Source: a virus (Duplodnaviria; Caudoviricetes). Taken from it: a DNA stretch of 40,171 bases. Position numbers and translations under genes: made by a program. The stretch spans positions 1 to 40,171 of IMG/VR virus record IMGVR_UViG_3300021086_000107, one strand, 5' to 3'. Shown in pieces: positions 1-9,100 of the stretch (position 1 is its first letter; each line of letters begins with the position of its first letter). A model generated the notes under the pieces. That model saw nothing but the letters and a program-made list of their open reading frames with translations. It had not been told where the DNA came from and searched no databases.

Positions 1-1659
1 TTAATCCTCGCGCTTCACTCTGCTGTTCAACAACTCGCCTTGCTCTTTTAGCCGAGGATACGCCGCCGCGGAGACGAAATGGGCATTAACCCGCTTCAGA
101 TCCCGCACCAGATCGAGATACAGCGAACTGGTTTCCGCCGTGACCGGTCCGCCAGCGCGCAACCGCATGAAATGCCGCTCCGTCACCGCCGCCTCGATGT
201 CGCGGAACGTCTCCTTCTCGTCGGCGAGCAAGCGCGCGCCGCGCGCGTCCTCGGTGATGAAGACGCCCCCCGCCGAGCGCAGATTGCCGATGAGTCGCTC
301 GATCATGCCGGTGATCTCCGATTGACCCTCCGTCGAGAACTTCAGACCGCGCTTCAACCGCTTGGAGGCGATGCCGAGAATGTCCCGGTCGACCACGTCG
401 CCGGCATGCTCGATATTCGTCGTAAAGGTAACGATCTCGAGCAGCCGCCGATTATCGGCCTCCGTCATCGCATCCGGATCGAACGCGGCCAGATAATCCT
501 TGATGGCGGCGTTCAGCGCGTCGAGCGTGTCGTCCATCCGGCGGATTTCGGCGATCCGATCGCGGTCGCCATTCTGCAGTGCCTCCGCCGCGGCGCGCAG
601 CACCGCTTCCAGGACATCCGCCATCCTGAGCGCCTCGCGGGCCGCCCCCGCCAGGGCGATGGATGGCATCTCATGCGCCGCCGGATCGAGATAGATCGGC
701 CTGGACGGATCCACCGCTTCGAGGCGGCTCGGCACCAATCTGCGCAGCAGGCGGGAGAACGGCCCCAACAACGGCAGAAAGAGCAACGCCAGAACCAGAT
801 TGAAGGCGGTATGGAAGTCGGCGACCGCGCGCGAGGCGTCGGGCTCGATCGAGACGAGCGCGGGGCCGATCTGGTCGAGCAATAGGAGGCCGAGGGCACA
901 GCCGATCAACCGGTTCAGCAGGTTGCCGAGCGGCAGTCGTTTCGCAACCGGATCATCGCCGCTCACCCCCTCCAGCACCGGATTGATCGCGGTGCCGAGA
1001 TTGGCGCCCAGCACCAGGGCGAAAGCGGCGTGCGGCGGCACGACGCCCTTGGCGGCGAGCGACATGATCAGCAAAAGCACGGCGACGCTGGAATGCGCCG
1101 CCCAGGTGAGGGCCGCCGCCAGCATGACCGCGATGATCGGCACCGTCGCCACGCTGCCCAGCAGCAGCCGCAGGTTCGGCACATCCTCGTAAGGCGTCAG
1201 CACCCCCAGCAACTGGCTGAGTGCGATCAACATCAGCCCGAGGCCGATGCCGACCCGACCGAGATCCCGGGTCCGCGTGACCGTGGCGCGGCGAAACATC
1301 ACGACGCCGATCAGCACGAACAACGATGCGACGCGCGAGACGTCGAACGAGAGGACCTGGACGATCAGGGTCGTACCGACATTGGCACCCAGCATCACCG
1401 CCAAGCCGGAGATCAAGTCGATGAAGCCGCCGGCGGCGAATGACGAGACCATGAGGCCCGTGGCCGTGCTGCTTTGAAGGATCGCGGTGACGCCGAGCCC
1501 GGCCAGGAAAGCCTTGCACCGATTGCCGAGGGCCGCCGCGAGGATCCGACGCAGATCCGGGCCGAACGCCCGCTGGATCCCGGTCTGCACCATATGGACG
1601 CCCCACAGGAGGAGCGCGATGGAGCCCGCGAGGTCGACGAATGTCAGGGTGGTATACAT
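1..1659 (-). CDS. Na+/Pi cotransporter family protein (YjbB/NptA-like) with C-terminal PhoU-like domains; host gene
   Basis: Repeated QSSTAT / HSSVA and GANVGTT / GANLGTA motifs, many TM segments, and helical PhoU-like C-terminus (NIEHAGD, DLKRVN). Start taken at ATG 1659 (MYTTL) with GGAGG RBS rather than 1782. Confidence 0.9.
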   Translation of the reverse strand: MYTTLTFVDLAGSIALLLWGVHMVQTGIQRAFGPDLRRILAAALGNRCKAFLAGLGVTAILQSSTATGLMVSSFAAGGFIDLISGLAVMLGANVGTTLIVQVLSFDVSRVASLFVLIGVVMFRRATVTRTRDLGRVGIGLGLMLIALSQLLGVLTPYEDVPNLRLLLGSVATVPIIAVMLAAALTWAAHSSVAVLLLIMSLAAKGVVPPHAAFALVLGANLGTAINPVLEGVSGDDPVAKRLPLGNLLNRLIGCALGLLLLDQIGPALVSIEPDASRAVADFHTAFNLVLALLFLPLLGPFSRLLRRLVPSRLEAVDPSRPIYLDPAAHEMPSIALAGAAREALRMADVLEAVLRAAAEALQNGDRDRIAEIRRMDDTLDALNAAIKDYLAAFDPDAMTEADNRRLLEIVTFTTNIEHAGDVVDRDILGIASKRLKRGLKFSTEGQSEITGMIERLIGNLRSAGGVFITEDARGARLLADEKETFRDIEAAVTERHFMRLRAGGPVTAETSSLYLDLVRDLKRVNAHFVSAAAYPRLKEQGELLNSRVKRED

Positions 1660-1794
1660 CTCACAACCTCCGATGGCGACGCTATGCCGCCGGAGGGTGA
1701 ACCGAGAGCATAGCTCGTCGATCCTTCCTTGCCTGAGCGGGGGGCAAGACTTAAAGCCGATCGAAATCGCGTTCTTTTCCAAGCGGGAAAAGAT

Positions 1795-1843
<49 letters not shown>

Positions 1844-1858
1844 ACAGAAAGCGTGCTA

Positions 1859-1923
1859 TATCAATGAGTTAGCTATCGCCACATTGTCAGACTTTAGCCT
1901 GTTTATGTGCTGAAGTCTGACAG
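1859..1923. promoter_or_regulatory. Left att arm: IHF-like site plus inverted TGTCAGACTT repeats (putative integrase arm-type sites)
   Basis: TATCAATGAGTTA (1859..1871) matches the IHF consensus WATCAR-N4-TTR. TGTCAGACTT (1885..1894) and AAGTCTGACA (1913..1922) are inverted copies. Confidence 0.55.
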
Positions 1924-1975
1924 TATCGCGGGCAGGTTTTAGCGGCCCCTTCGCTGATTCGCAAGCCCCAGAAAA

Positions 1976-2506
1976 TCACGGCACCGGCCCCGCCTTCGCC
2001 AGTAGCTCGGTCGCGTGCGCCTGGCCGCTCGACGATCCGAAGTAATAGGCCACCACGCCGGTCCAGGCGGCACCCAGGCTACCGATCATAACATTAAGCA
2101 GATCCCGTGTTGCTGTGGGCACCTCGCGGAAACACAGGAACCCCAGCAACCCGAAGAACCCGAGCGTGATGCCGATCGCCAGCGCCGGGGCCGTCCAGTC
2201 CTGGACCGATATCTCGCGCGCCCTGGCACTCGCCCGGTCCGCGTCGTCGGCTTGTTCCATCGCGATGCCGGCATCGACCAGCTTCTGCTTGAACGCCAGT
2301 CCGGCGGTCTGCATGGCGATCAGTTGTTCGGCGGTGGCACCGACCACAGCCTGTCCGGCCAGTTGCTTGTCGCCGGTCGGCGTGAGGCCCAGCGCGCCCT
2401 CGATCATCGATACCGCCTGGCCGGCCAGCGGGCCACCGGCAAGCGTGGCCACGGCGGGTGCCCCCGTTTCGAGCACGGCAAGTGCCTGATCCCAAAAATC
2501 AGCCAT
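1976..2506 (-). CDS. Putative holin (3TM / GTA-release-type family)
   Basis: DRASARARE segment followed by two C-terminal TM helices ending VVAYYFGSSSG; last gene of the late operon, next to the lysin. Confidence 0.65.
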   Translation of the reverse strand: MADFWDQALAVLETGAPAVATLAGGPLAGQAVSMIEGALGLTPTGDKQLAGQAVVGATAEQLIAMQTAGLAFKQKLVDAGIAMEQADDADRASARAREISVQDWTAPALAIGITLGFFGLLGFLCFREVPTATRDLLNVMIGSLGAAWTGVVAYYFGSSSGQAHATELLAKAGPVP

Positions 2507-2507
2507 C

Positions 2508-3008
2508 TCAGCTCACCCCGTTTGTGGCGGCGGCCGCGATCGTCGGCACCGCCAAGGCCATCGCATGACCGTAGGTGTCATCATCGTACCAGTCGGCCGG
2601 CACCCCGGCGGGCGGCGGTCCGTTTTCCATCCGCACGATCGCTCGTACGATGGCTTCGAGAGTGCGCCGATCGTGCAGGTCGACGGTATCGCTCGGACCG
2701 ACACCCAGCCGATTGGCAACAAAATGCGCATAGCCGCATGGATCGTTACCATCCGCGGAGGGGGCCCAACGCAGGAACGCGCCACCCAGCGTATGAATGC
2801 CGTGGAGATCCTGATAGGCAACCATGCATTTGCCGATCGCCCGCAAGCCCATGATAGGATCGGTAAAGATCACATAGCCCGGCGCGCTGCCCTCGCTATC
2901 GGTGCCCTCGATACCGGCCCAGGCCGCGCCCGGCCGCAGGTTTCCCGGATTGTGGTTGCGAATTCCTCGCGGCAAAGCGCCGTCAGTCATGTCCATGCCC
3001 TCACTCAT
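2508..3008 (-). CDS. Putative endolysin / lytic protein (RGIRNxNPGN family, often annotated structural protein P5)
   Basis: PRGIRNHNPGNLR, F..P..GLRA, RWAPS.DGND and AIVRMENG motifs; sits in the lysis cassette. Confidence 0.75.
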   Translation of the reverse strand: MSEGMDMTDGALPRGIRNHNPGNLRPGAAWAGIEGTDSEGSAPGYVIFTDPIMGLRAIGKCMVAYQDLHGIHTLGGAFLRWAPSADGNDPCGYAHFVANRLGVGPSDTVDLHDRRTLEAIVRAIVRMENGPPPAGVPADWYDDDTYGHAMALAVPTIAAAATNGVS

Positions 3009-3274
3009 TTAAGCCCCCTAAAGAACTGCACGGCCTCGACAATGCCGGCGATGATGAAATACAGGCTGGCGACCACGGCGGCCGCTATGCCGCCGATGGC
3101 GCCCCAGGTCTTCTTGCCGCCGTCCTTGGCCTGTGCCAGGCGTAACAGCTGCTCGACGTCCGCCTTGGTGCTTTTGAGATCGAGCTTGATTTCCGCGATG
3201 TCGACCTCAAGGTTCTTCTTCTGCTCCTCAAGCCGGACCAACCGCTCGACCATGCCCTGTTCGAGCGGCGTCAT
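3005..3274 (-). CDS. Small coiled-coil protein with C-terminal TM helix (holin/XhlA-like lysis accessory)
   Basis: ERLVRLEE coiled coil plus a hydrophobic C-terminus; ATGA-coupled to its neighbours. Confidence 0.55.
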   Translation of the reverse strand: MTPLEQGMVERLVRLEEQKKNLEVDIAEIKLDLKSTKADVEQLLRLAQAKDGGKKTWGAIGGIAAAVVASLYFIIAGIVEAVQFFRGLK

Positions 3275-3660
3275 GGCGCGAGGATCACGGCGGGGTCGGC
3301 GCCGATCGCCATCAGCAGCGCCAGCGCCGTGGCATCGGTGGTCAGGATCTCGGTCGCCGCCTGCCAGCGGGCTTGCGACACGCTATCCGCCGCCAGGGCG
3401 GTCAGCGCCGCCGGCAGCAGCCCAGCGGCATGCAGCCGGTCGACGATGACCAGCCGGCTGATATAGGTCGGCTGGGGCACCACAGCCGCCGCTGGGGCTT
3501 CGGGCGTATGGCCGGCCGCCAGCCACGCCTCATAGGCGACGTAGTCGGCGTTGTTCGGATCGAACGGGATGGTGGCCCCGTCATCGAGCCGCAGGATCGA
3601 GCTGACGGATACCTGCAGCGTGATCGGATCTAGGATCTGCTGATAGGACGCCATGATCAC
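3271..3660 (-). CDS. Tail fibre assembly/chaperone protein
   Basis: IPFDPNNADYVAYEAWLAAGHTP motif, typical of small proteins that follow tail fibres. Confidence 0.65.
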   Translation of the reverse strand: MIMASYQQILDPITLQVSVSSILRLDDGATIPFDPNNADYVAYEAWLAAGHTPEAPAAAVVPQPTYISRLVIVDRLHAAGLLPAALTALAADSVSQARWQAATEILTTDATALALLMAIGADPAVILAP

Positions 3661-5117
3661 AACCGCGCCGAGGCTGGCGCGCGCCAGCCCTCATACTGGG
3701 CGACGCCGGCAGTGTTCGATTGGACGTATTGGAAGCACCCTTCCGTCCCCACATAGGCGAAGGACGGGGTATTGATGTTGGAGTTACCCTGCGCAAGCGC
3801 CGGATCGGCGGCCTGCGATCCGATGGTCGGGATGGCCCGCTTCGTCGCCTTATAGATCAGCGTGATGCCGAACCCGGCATTCGACGAGGGGGAGGTGAAA
3901 TAGATGTTGAACGGCAACCATTCGAAATAGCGCTGACAGCGCCGCAGCTCCTCGCCATAGGCGTTCCGCTCGAAAACGGTCGTCGTCGATCCGGCCTCCA
4001 ACTGCACGCCGGTCAGATAGACGATCGATCCCGTCGTGTTGACGATATTCGCCGACCCGGCGGTACGGAGGTAGTTGCCGGCGGTCCAGGCGCCCGCCGT
4101 CGTGTTGAAATTCGAGCCGCTGCCCATGTCGAAGCCGAGATACAGCCCCGTGGTCGTGTCGGTCGCCCAGGTGCCCGCCTGGTCGCCCGGCACGCTCAGC
4201 GTGCAATATTGAAAGGTATTGGCCGCCACGATGTTGACGGTCCCGACATAGGACCGCGTCGTGCCGCCATTGCGCACGGAGACCGCATGCAGCCCGGTCA
4301 ACGGGCTGCGCATCCAAAAGCTGATGCTGATCGATTGGGCGGCGGCCGATCCCCAATTCAAATCGGCGATATCCAGCCCTTCGATCGGCTGATCGATCTG
4401 CGCGCTTTCCGAGGACCCCGACACGCCGCCATTGGTCACGCTGTACATCAGCGCGTTGATGAAGCCCTGGCCGGCCGGCACGGTCGCGACACGCTGGCCG
4501 AGCACCGTGGGTGCCGCCGGTTTCGACAGCGCCCATTGATCGAGGATATAGCTGCGCCCGGTCGCCAGCGAGATCGAGGCGCCGCCGTTCGCCTGATCGA
4601 CCCGCATGTCGCCATTGATGAGGCGGTTGCGCCAATTGAGGCCGCCGGTGCCCGAGGCTATGTCGGAATAGACCAGGCCACCCACATGCATATTCGCGCC
4701 GTCATAGCGCAGCTCGAAGATATCGGTCGTGTTGATATCGCCGGAACGCACCGCCGAGCCGTCGCGGCGCACCAGCGGCACGCTGAAGCCGTTAACCGCG
4801 ATCGTCGCGGCGCCGGAATTGGCGACGCTGAACCTGACCCGGCAGCCGAAGCCGGTGCGCAGCGAGGCCGGCGCGCCGATCGGCACCGGCACCAGCGTGA
4901 TCACATAGGCATTGGCCGCCCCCGTATCGACCGCGTAGCTGGGCGTGCCGTCCGACGCCTCGTCCAGCCGGGCCGCCGGCCAGCCGCCCGCCTTGACGCC
5001 ATCGCCGATCACCGCCCGGTTGTTCGTCGTATCGATGATGATCTCGCGCGAGGCCGGCGTGAAGGCCGCCACCTGAGTCGCGATGCCACCGCGACGCTGT
5101 ATTTGGTCGCCTGCCAT
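3657..5117 (-). CDS. Receptor-binding tail fibre with Mtd-N-like N-terminus and C-terminal beta-sandwich domain
   Basis: N-terminal QRRGG...IIIDTTNNRAVIGDG..AGG (major tropism determinant N-terminal type); RNRLINGDMRVDQ and GVQLEAGS..T.FER...EELRRCQRYF fibre motifs. Confidence 0.8.
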   Translation of the reverse strand: MAGDQIQRRGGIATQVAAFTPASREIIIDTTNNRAVIGDGVKAGGWPAARLDEASDGTPSYAVDTGAANAYVITLVPVPIGAPASLRTGFGCRVRFSVANSGAATIAVNGFSVPLVRRDGSAVRSGDINTTDIFELRYDGANMHVGGLVYSDIASGTGGLNWRNRLINGDMRVDQANGGASISLATGRSYILDQWALSKPAAPTVLGQRVATVPAGQGFINALMYSVTNGGVSGSSESAQIDQPIEGLDIADLNWGSAAAQSISISFWMRSPLTGLHAVSVRNGGTTRSYVGTVNIVAANTFQYCTLSVPGDQAGTWATDTTTGLYLGFDMGSGSNFNTTAGAWTAGNYLRTAGSANIVNTTGSIVYLTGVQLEAGSTTTVFERNAYGEELRRCQRYFEWLPFNIYFTSPSSNAGFGITLIYKATKRAIPTIGSQAADPALAQGNSNINTPSFAYVGTEGCFQYVQSNTAGVAQYEGWRAPASARL

Positions 5118-6148
5118 TATGGTATACTCCCTAGGTCAAGGATCAGGCCCGTCCCCTGGGCCAGGTCGACGCGCGTCGCTGCGTAGTTCTCGTTGGAAAA
5201 GCCGGTCAGCATCGCGCAATCGCCCATATCTTTGGGCGTGGTGGCGATCGCGACGAAATAGTTGAAGGCCAGCGTATTGGGCGGCGGGGTCAACAGGCCG
5301 ATCAGCAGACTGGCCGCCGCGCTGGCGGTCTGCGCCGCTTGGATCGCCGCCGCGGTGATCGTGCTGAGCAGGGTCTGCACCACCGCTTCCGCCTGGCTGG
5401 TGATCGTGCCCAACAGGGTGGTCGCCGACAGGGCGATGCCGGAGGCCTGCACCCCCGCCGCGTTCGCCTGGGTTTGCGATGCCGCCGCCAAGGTCGCCGA
5501 ACTGGCCGCCGCCGTCGCCGAGGTCGCCGAGCTGGTGACCGCCGCGGTCGCCGCCGCCTGCGCCGCCTGCGCCAGCGCCAGGGTCGATTGCACATAGGCG
5601 AGGGTCGTATCGATCGAGCTGCTGAGTGTGGTGACGGTCAGCGCGCCGTTGCTATCGAAGCCGAGCAACCGGCCGGCGCGCGCGGCCGCCGCCGGCAGCA
5701 CCGGGGTATAGCTGCCATTGTCGACCGGCGGAAATTGCAGCGCCTGGGCCAGGCCTGTGGTCAATTGCTGCGCGACCATGGCCGCGCGATCCAACGCCGC
5801 CTCGATCACCGCCGCCGGCAGTTTCGAATTGTCCAGCAGATGCACGCCTTGGGTCGGCGTCACCAGCCGCTGGACCGTGATGCGGTGATTGCCCTGGGGC
5901 GGGTTGTTGAAGATCACCTCGCCGCCCAAGCTCGCATACCCGGTCGCCGGGTCGACGGTCGAGTTCAGCGTGTAATCATAGGTGCCGCCGCCGTTCAGCA
6001 CCGGCGCCGCGAGATAGGTCAAAGCCGAGGTATCGAAGAGGCTGACCACCAGATCGGCCGCTTCGACATAGGGATAGAAGAAGCCGAAAAGAGCCGTGGT
6101 TCCGTTCCCCGTCCATTGCTCCTGCGACAGGGTACTGCTGACCGTCAT
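5117..6148 (-). CDS. Tail fibre anchor/adaptor (T7 gp17 N-terminal-like)
   Basis: MTVSST...WTGNGTTALFGF.Y and IEAALDRAAMVAQQL motifs, then an Ala-rich coiled coil. Start at ATG 6148 overlaps the upstream stop (ATGA). Confidence 0.8.
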   Translation of the reverse strand: MTVSSTLSQEQWTGNGTTALFGFFYPYVEAADLVVSLFDTSALTYLAAPVLNGGGTYDYTLNSTVDPATGYASLGGEVIFNNPPQGNHRITVQRLVTPTQGVHLLDNSKLPAAVIEAALDRAAMVAQQLTTGLAQALQFPPVDNGSYTPVLPAAAARAGRLLGFDSNGALTVTTLSSSIDTTLAYVQSTLALAQAAQAAATAAVTSSATSATAAASSATLAAASQTQANAAGVQASGIALSATTLLGTITSQAEAVVQTLLSTITAAAIQAAQTASAAASLLIGLLTPPPNTLAFNYFVAIATTPKDMGDCAMLTGFSNENYAATRVDLAQGTGLILDLGSIP

Positions 6149-9100
6149 GGCGACCCTCCGATTTGCGGCATGCGCGCTGATCCTGGATTGAGGACCGCGC
6201 CACCCGGTTGACTGCCCGGCTGCTGGCCGCCCGGTTGCGCGCTCAGCTGCTGGCGGCGCGCATCCCATTGCGATTGCAGCACGTCGCCGATGCGCGGGCT
6301 TTCCTGCACCAGCTGCTGCTTGGCCGCCGTGCGGAACTTGGTGACGGCGCTCAACACGATCTGCGCCTGCGCCGAGGGCGAGGCCTTGTCCCATTGCGCC
6401 TGCATGACGCCCAGCCGGGCCGCTTGCCCGCCGGTCAGCCCGTCCGGCTTGTCGCCGGTGACCAGCGCGTTGAGCATGTCCTTGGCGCCGAGCCCGGTGC
6501 CGGGGTCGACCGTCTCGTTGCCGGCCAGCACCTGCAGCCGGTCATGTTCCTGTGGCGTCAGCTGCACCTGCGCCGAGACGCCACGCTGCCCCGGCGCGTC
6601 ATAGGTCTGCACCTGGCCGGGCTTGTAGAGATCCATCCGCCCCGCATCCGCATGCGGAAAGGCCGCCCGATTGGCCCAGATCCATTGATCGATCGGCTCC
6701 GCATTCGCCGCCGGCTGGCCCACCGCGATCGGGCTGACCGCCCGCGCCAGGCCGGTGCCGGTGAGGAGCGGCATATAACCGTCCTTGGCGGGGATCGCGT
6801 CGCCCCACAGGCTGCGCTGTGGCGGCAGCCCCTGGCTGGCGAACGGCGTTCGCGCCTCGATGCTCGACAGCAGATCGTAATGGGCGCGCAGCCAGGGATC
6901 GGTGGCCCGGTCGACCGCCGCGACCGCCCCGGGCACGCCCAGGCTGGCGACGAAGCGGTCGACGTAATTGCTGCCTTCCCGCTCCGGCTGCTGCAGCGCG
7001 TCGAAGAAACTCGCGATGCCCGACATGTACGTCTTGGACAGCATGGCATTGCCCAGGCCGAACATCAGCGATGACGCGATATCGCCGCGCGCCTGGTCAT
7101 GCGCGTATTTCAGTGTGTCGAAGCTGTCGCCGATGGCGCCCAGGGTCATGCCCAGCGGGTCGACCTGATTGTAAACGTAGGGGGTGCCATCAATGGTGAT
7201 GGCATAGGGCGTGTTGCCGGCCGCCCGCCAGGCGCGGTTGAGCGACGGGTCGGAAGGGCCCCGCCCGGTCAGCACGCCGCCGGCGGCGAGGCCGGCCGCC
7301 GCCAGGGCGACGGCGCCGCCGAGCCCCATGCGCGCCACCGCCAGGTCGCGCGTGGCGCCGCCGGCCGCCAGCTCCGCCTTGATCTGGTCGGACGGGAAGG
7401 CGGCGGCCAGCGGCGAGTTGCGATAGACCCAGCCCGCCATGTTCGCCGGGATCTTGACGAAGGGCAGGATCATCCGGCCGAACGGCAGCTTGAAATCGGT
7501 GCCGGGCAGCGGGATGTTGATGCTGTCCGCCAGGTCGGCGACCTTTTGCGAAACCCCCTGCAGCGGCTCCTGGAACGTCGTGCGCAGCGCGGCCGTGACC
7601 GCCTGTTCATGCATCGCGCGCGACGGCGCATTCATGGCGGCGTCGATATGCGCGTCGAGATCATCGGCCGTCTTGCCCAGGCCGGCGCCCTCGCGATAGG
7701 CAAGCGCCCGCAGCTCGGCGCGGTAATTGACGTATTTGGCGAAATCGTCGGCCGCCCCCAGCCAGCGGGTGGGCAGCGCCATCTTCAGGTATTCCAGCGC
7801 GCCGCGCGTCGGCTGGTCGGGCGCCAGGGCGGGCGGCGCACCCTCGGCCGCGGTCGCCAGGCGATCGGCCGGCGGCGGTGCCGGCGGTTGATCCGGCGGT
7901 GGCGCGGTCGGCGCCTCGCCCAGATAGTCGGCCGGGCTGTATGTGGCCGCCGGGGTGGCGCCGTCCGGCGCCCCGGCCGCCATGGTCCGCACCTGACCCG
8001 CGCCGAGCGCGTCCATCGACTGGCCGCCGTCGAATTGTCGCTCGCCGGTCAGGATACCCCGCCCAGCGAGGCGGATGCCGTCCATCATGGATGAGGCGTA
8101 GCCATAGACGAGGGCCGCCGTCTCGCCCTGTGCCACGCCGCCACCGCCGCCGCGACTGCCCAGGGTTTCGGCCGCGTAGCGGGTCGCCAGGTTCCACACG
8201 CCCATGGTCGCATCCGACAGGGCTTTCTTGGCTAGGACATGCGGCACGTTGGACAGGATGACGTTGTAGAAGCCGTAGAGGAACAGGTCGCGGCCGGACA
8301 TCTGGCGCGATGCCGCGACGAATTGGCTCGCCTTTTCCGGGTCGCCCAGATCGGCGATCCTGCCGGCCATCTGGCTGATCGCATCCTCGCCGCCGCCTTG
8401 GCTGATCAGGTCGCCGATCGCCTTGGTCATGTCCGCGCGCTGTCGCGTGGCGATCTGCCAGCTCTGCAGCGTGCGGCCGGCCTCCGCCCGCGCGTTCTCG
8501 AAATATTGCTGCAAACCCTGATGCGTCGCGAAGGCGCGCAGGAACAGCGCCTTGGCCTCCGGCGTCGCCGTGGCCGGGTCGCTCGCGGCCCGGGCATACT
8601 CGATCAGCTGCCCGGCGGAGCTGTCGAGCATGAAGCGCATCGCCGTGGTCTGCGCGGCATCGAGCTGCTGGCCCTTATAGCCGGCCAGCAGATCCGCCGG
8701 CTTCATGTTCAGGGACGCCGCCAGCAGCGCGGTGCTGTCATTCGACTGCGCCGCCTGCTTGGGCAGCATCGTCGAAACCTGTTCCAGCGTCCGCGCGATA
8801 TCCTCGCCGGAGCCGATATGCGCCAGGTTCACCTTGACCGGGTTCTCGCCACCCTTCCCCGCCAGGTAATCCGCCGCGTTCTTTTCGATATCCGGCGAGA
8901 TGGTGACCGGGTCGGCCTTGGGATCGCCCAGCTGCAGGATGTCCCGCACGGGAGTGCCGGCGCGATCGTCCAGCGCCGCGAAGACGTCATGGAATGAAGC
9001 GTTCGGATCGTTCAGCAGCCGCTGAAACGGCGTGTCCAGCGGAGGCTTCGCCCCGCCGCCGCTTACTTGGCCTGGGCCAGCTCCGCCTTCGCCGGCGGCA

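Noticed and set aside
3657-5117. Diversity-generating retroelement, suggested by the Mtd-N-like fibre and BPP-1-like gene order
   Set aside because: No reverse transcriptase, Avd or TR/VR pair was found. The one notable internal coding duplication (helicase segment) differs at all base types, not only adenines.
5117-6394. Extended N-termini in the ORF track (also 1..1782, 12579..13346, 19637..20347, 19939..20973, 35453..36721)
   Set aside because: They overlap upstream genes or the att region; internal starts with ATGA/TGATG coupling or an RBS fit better.
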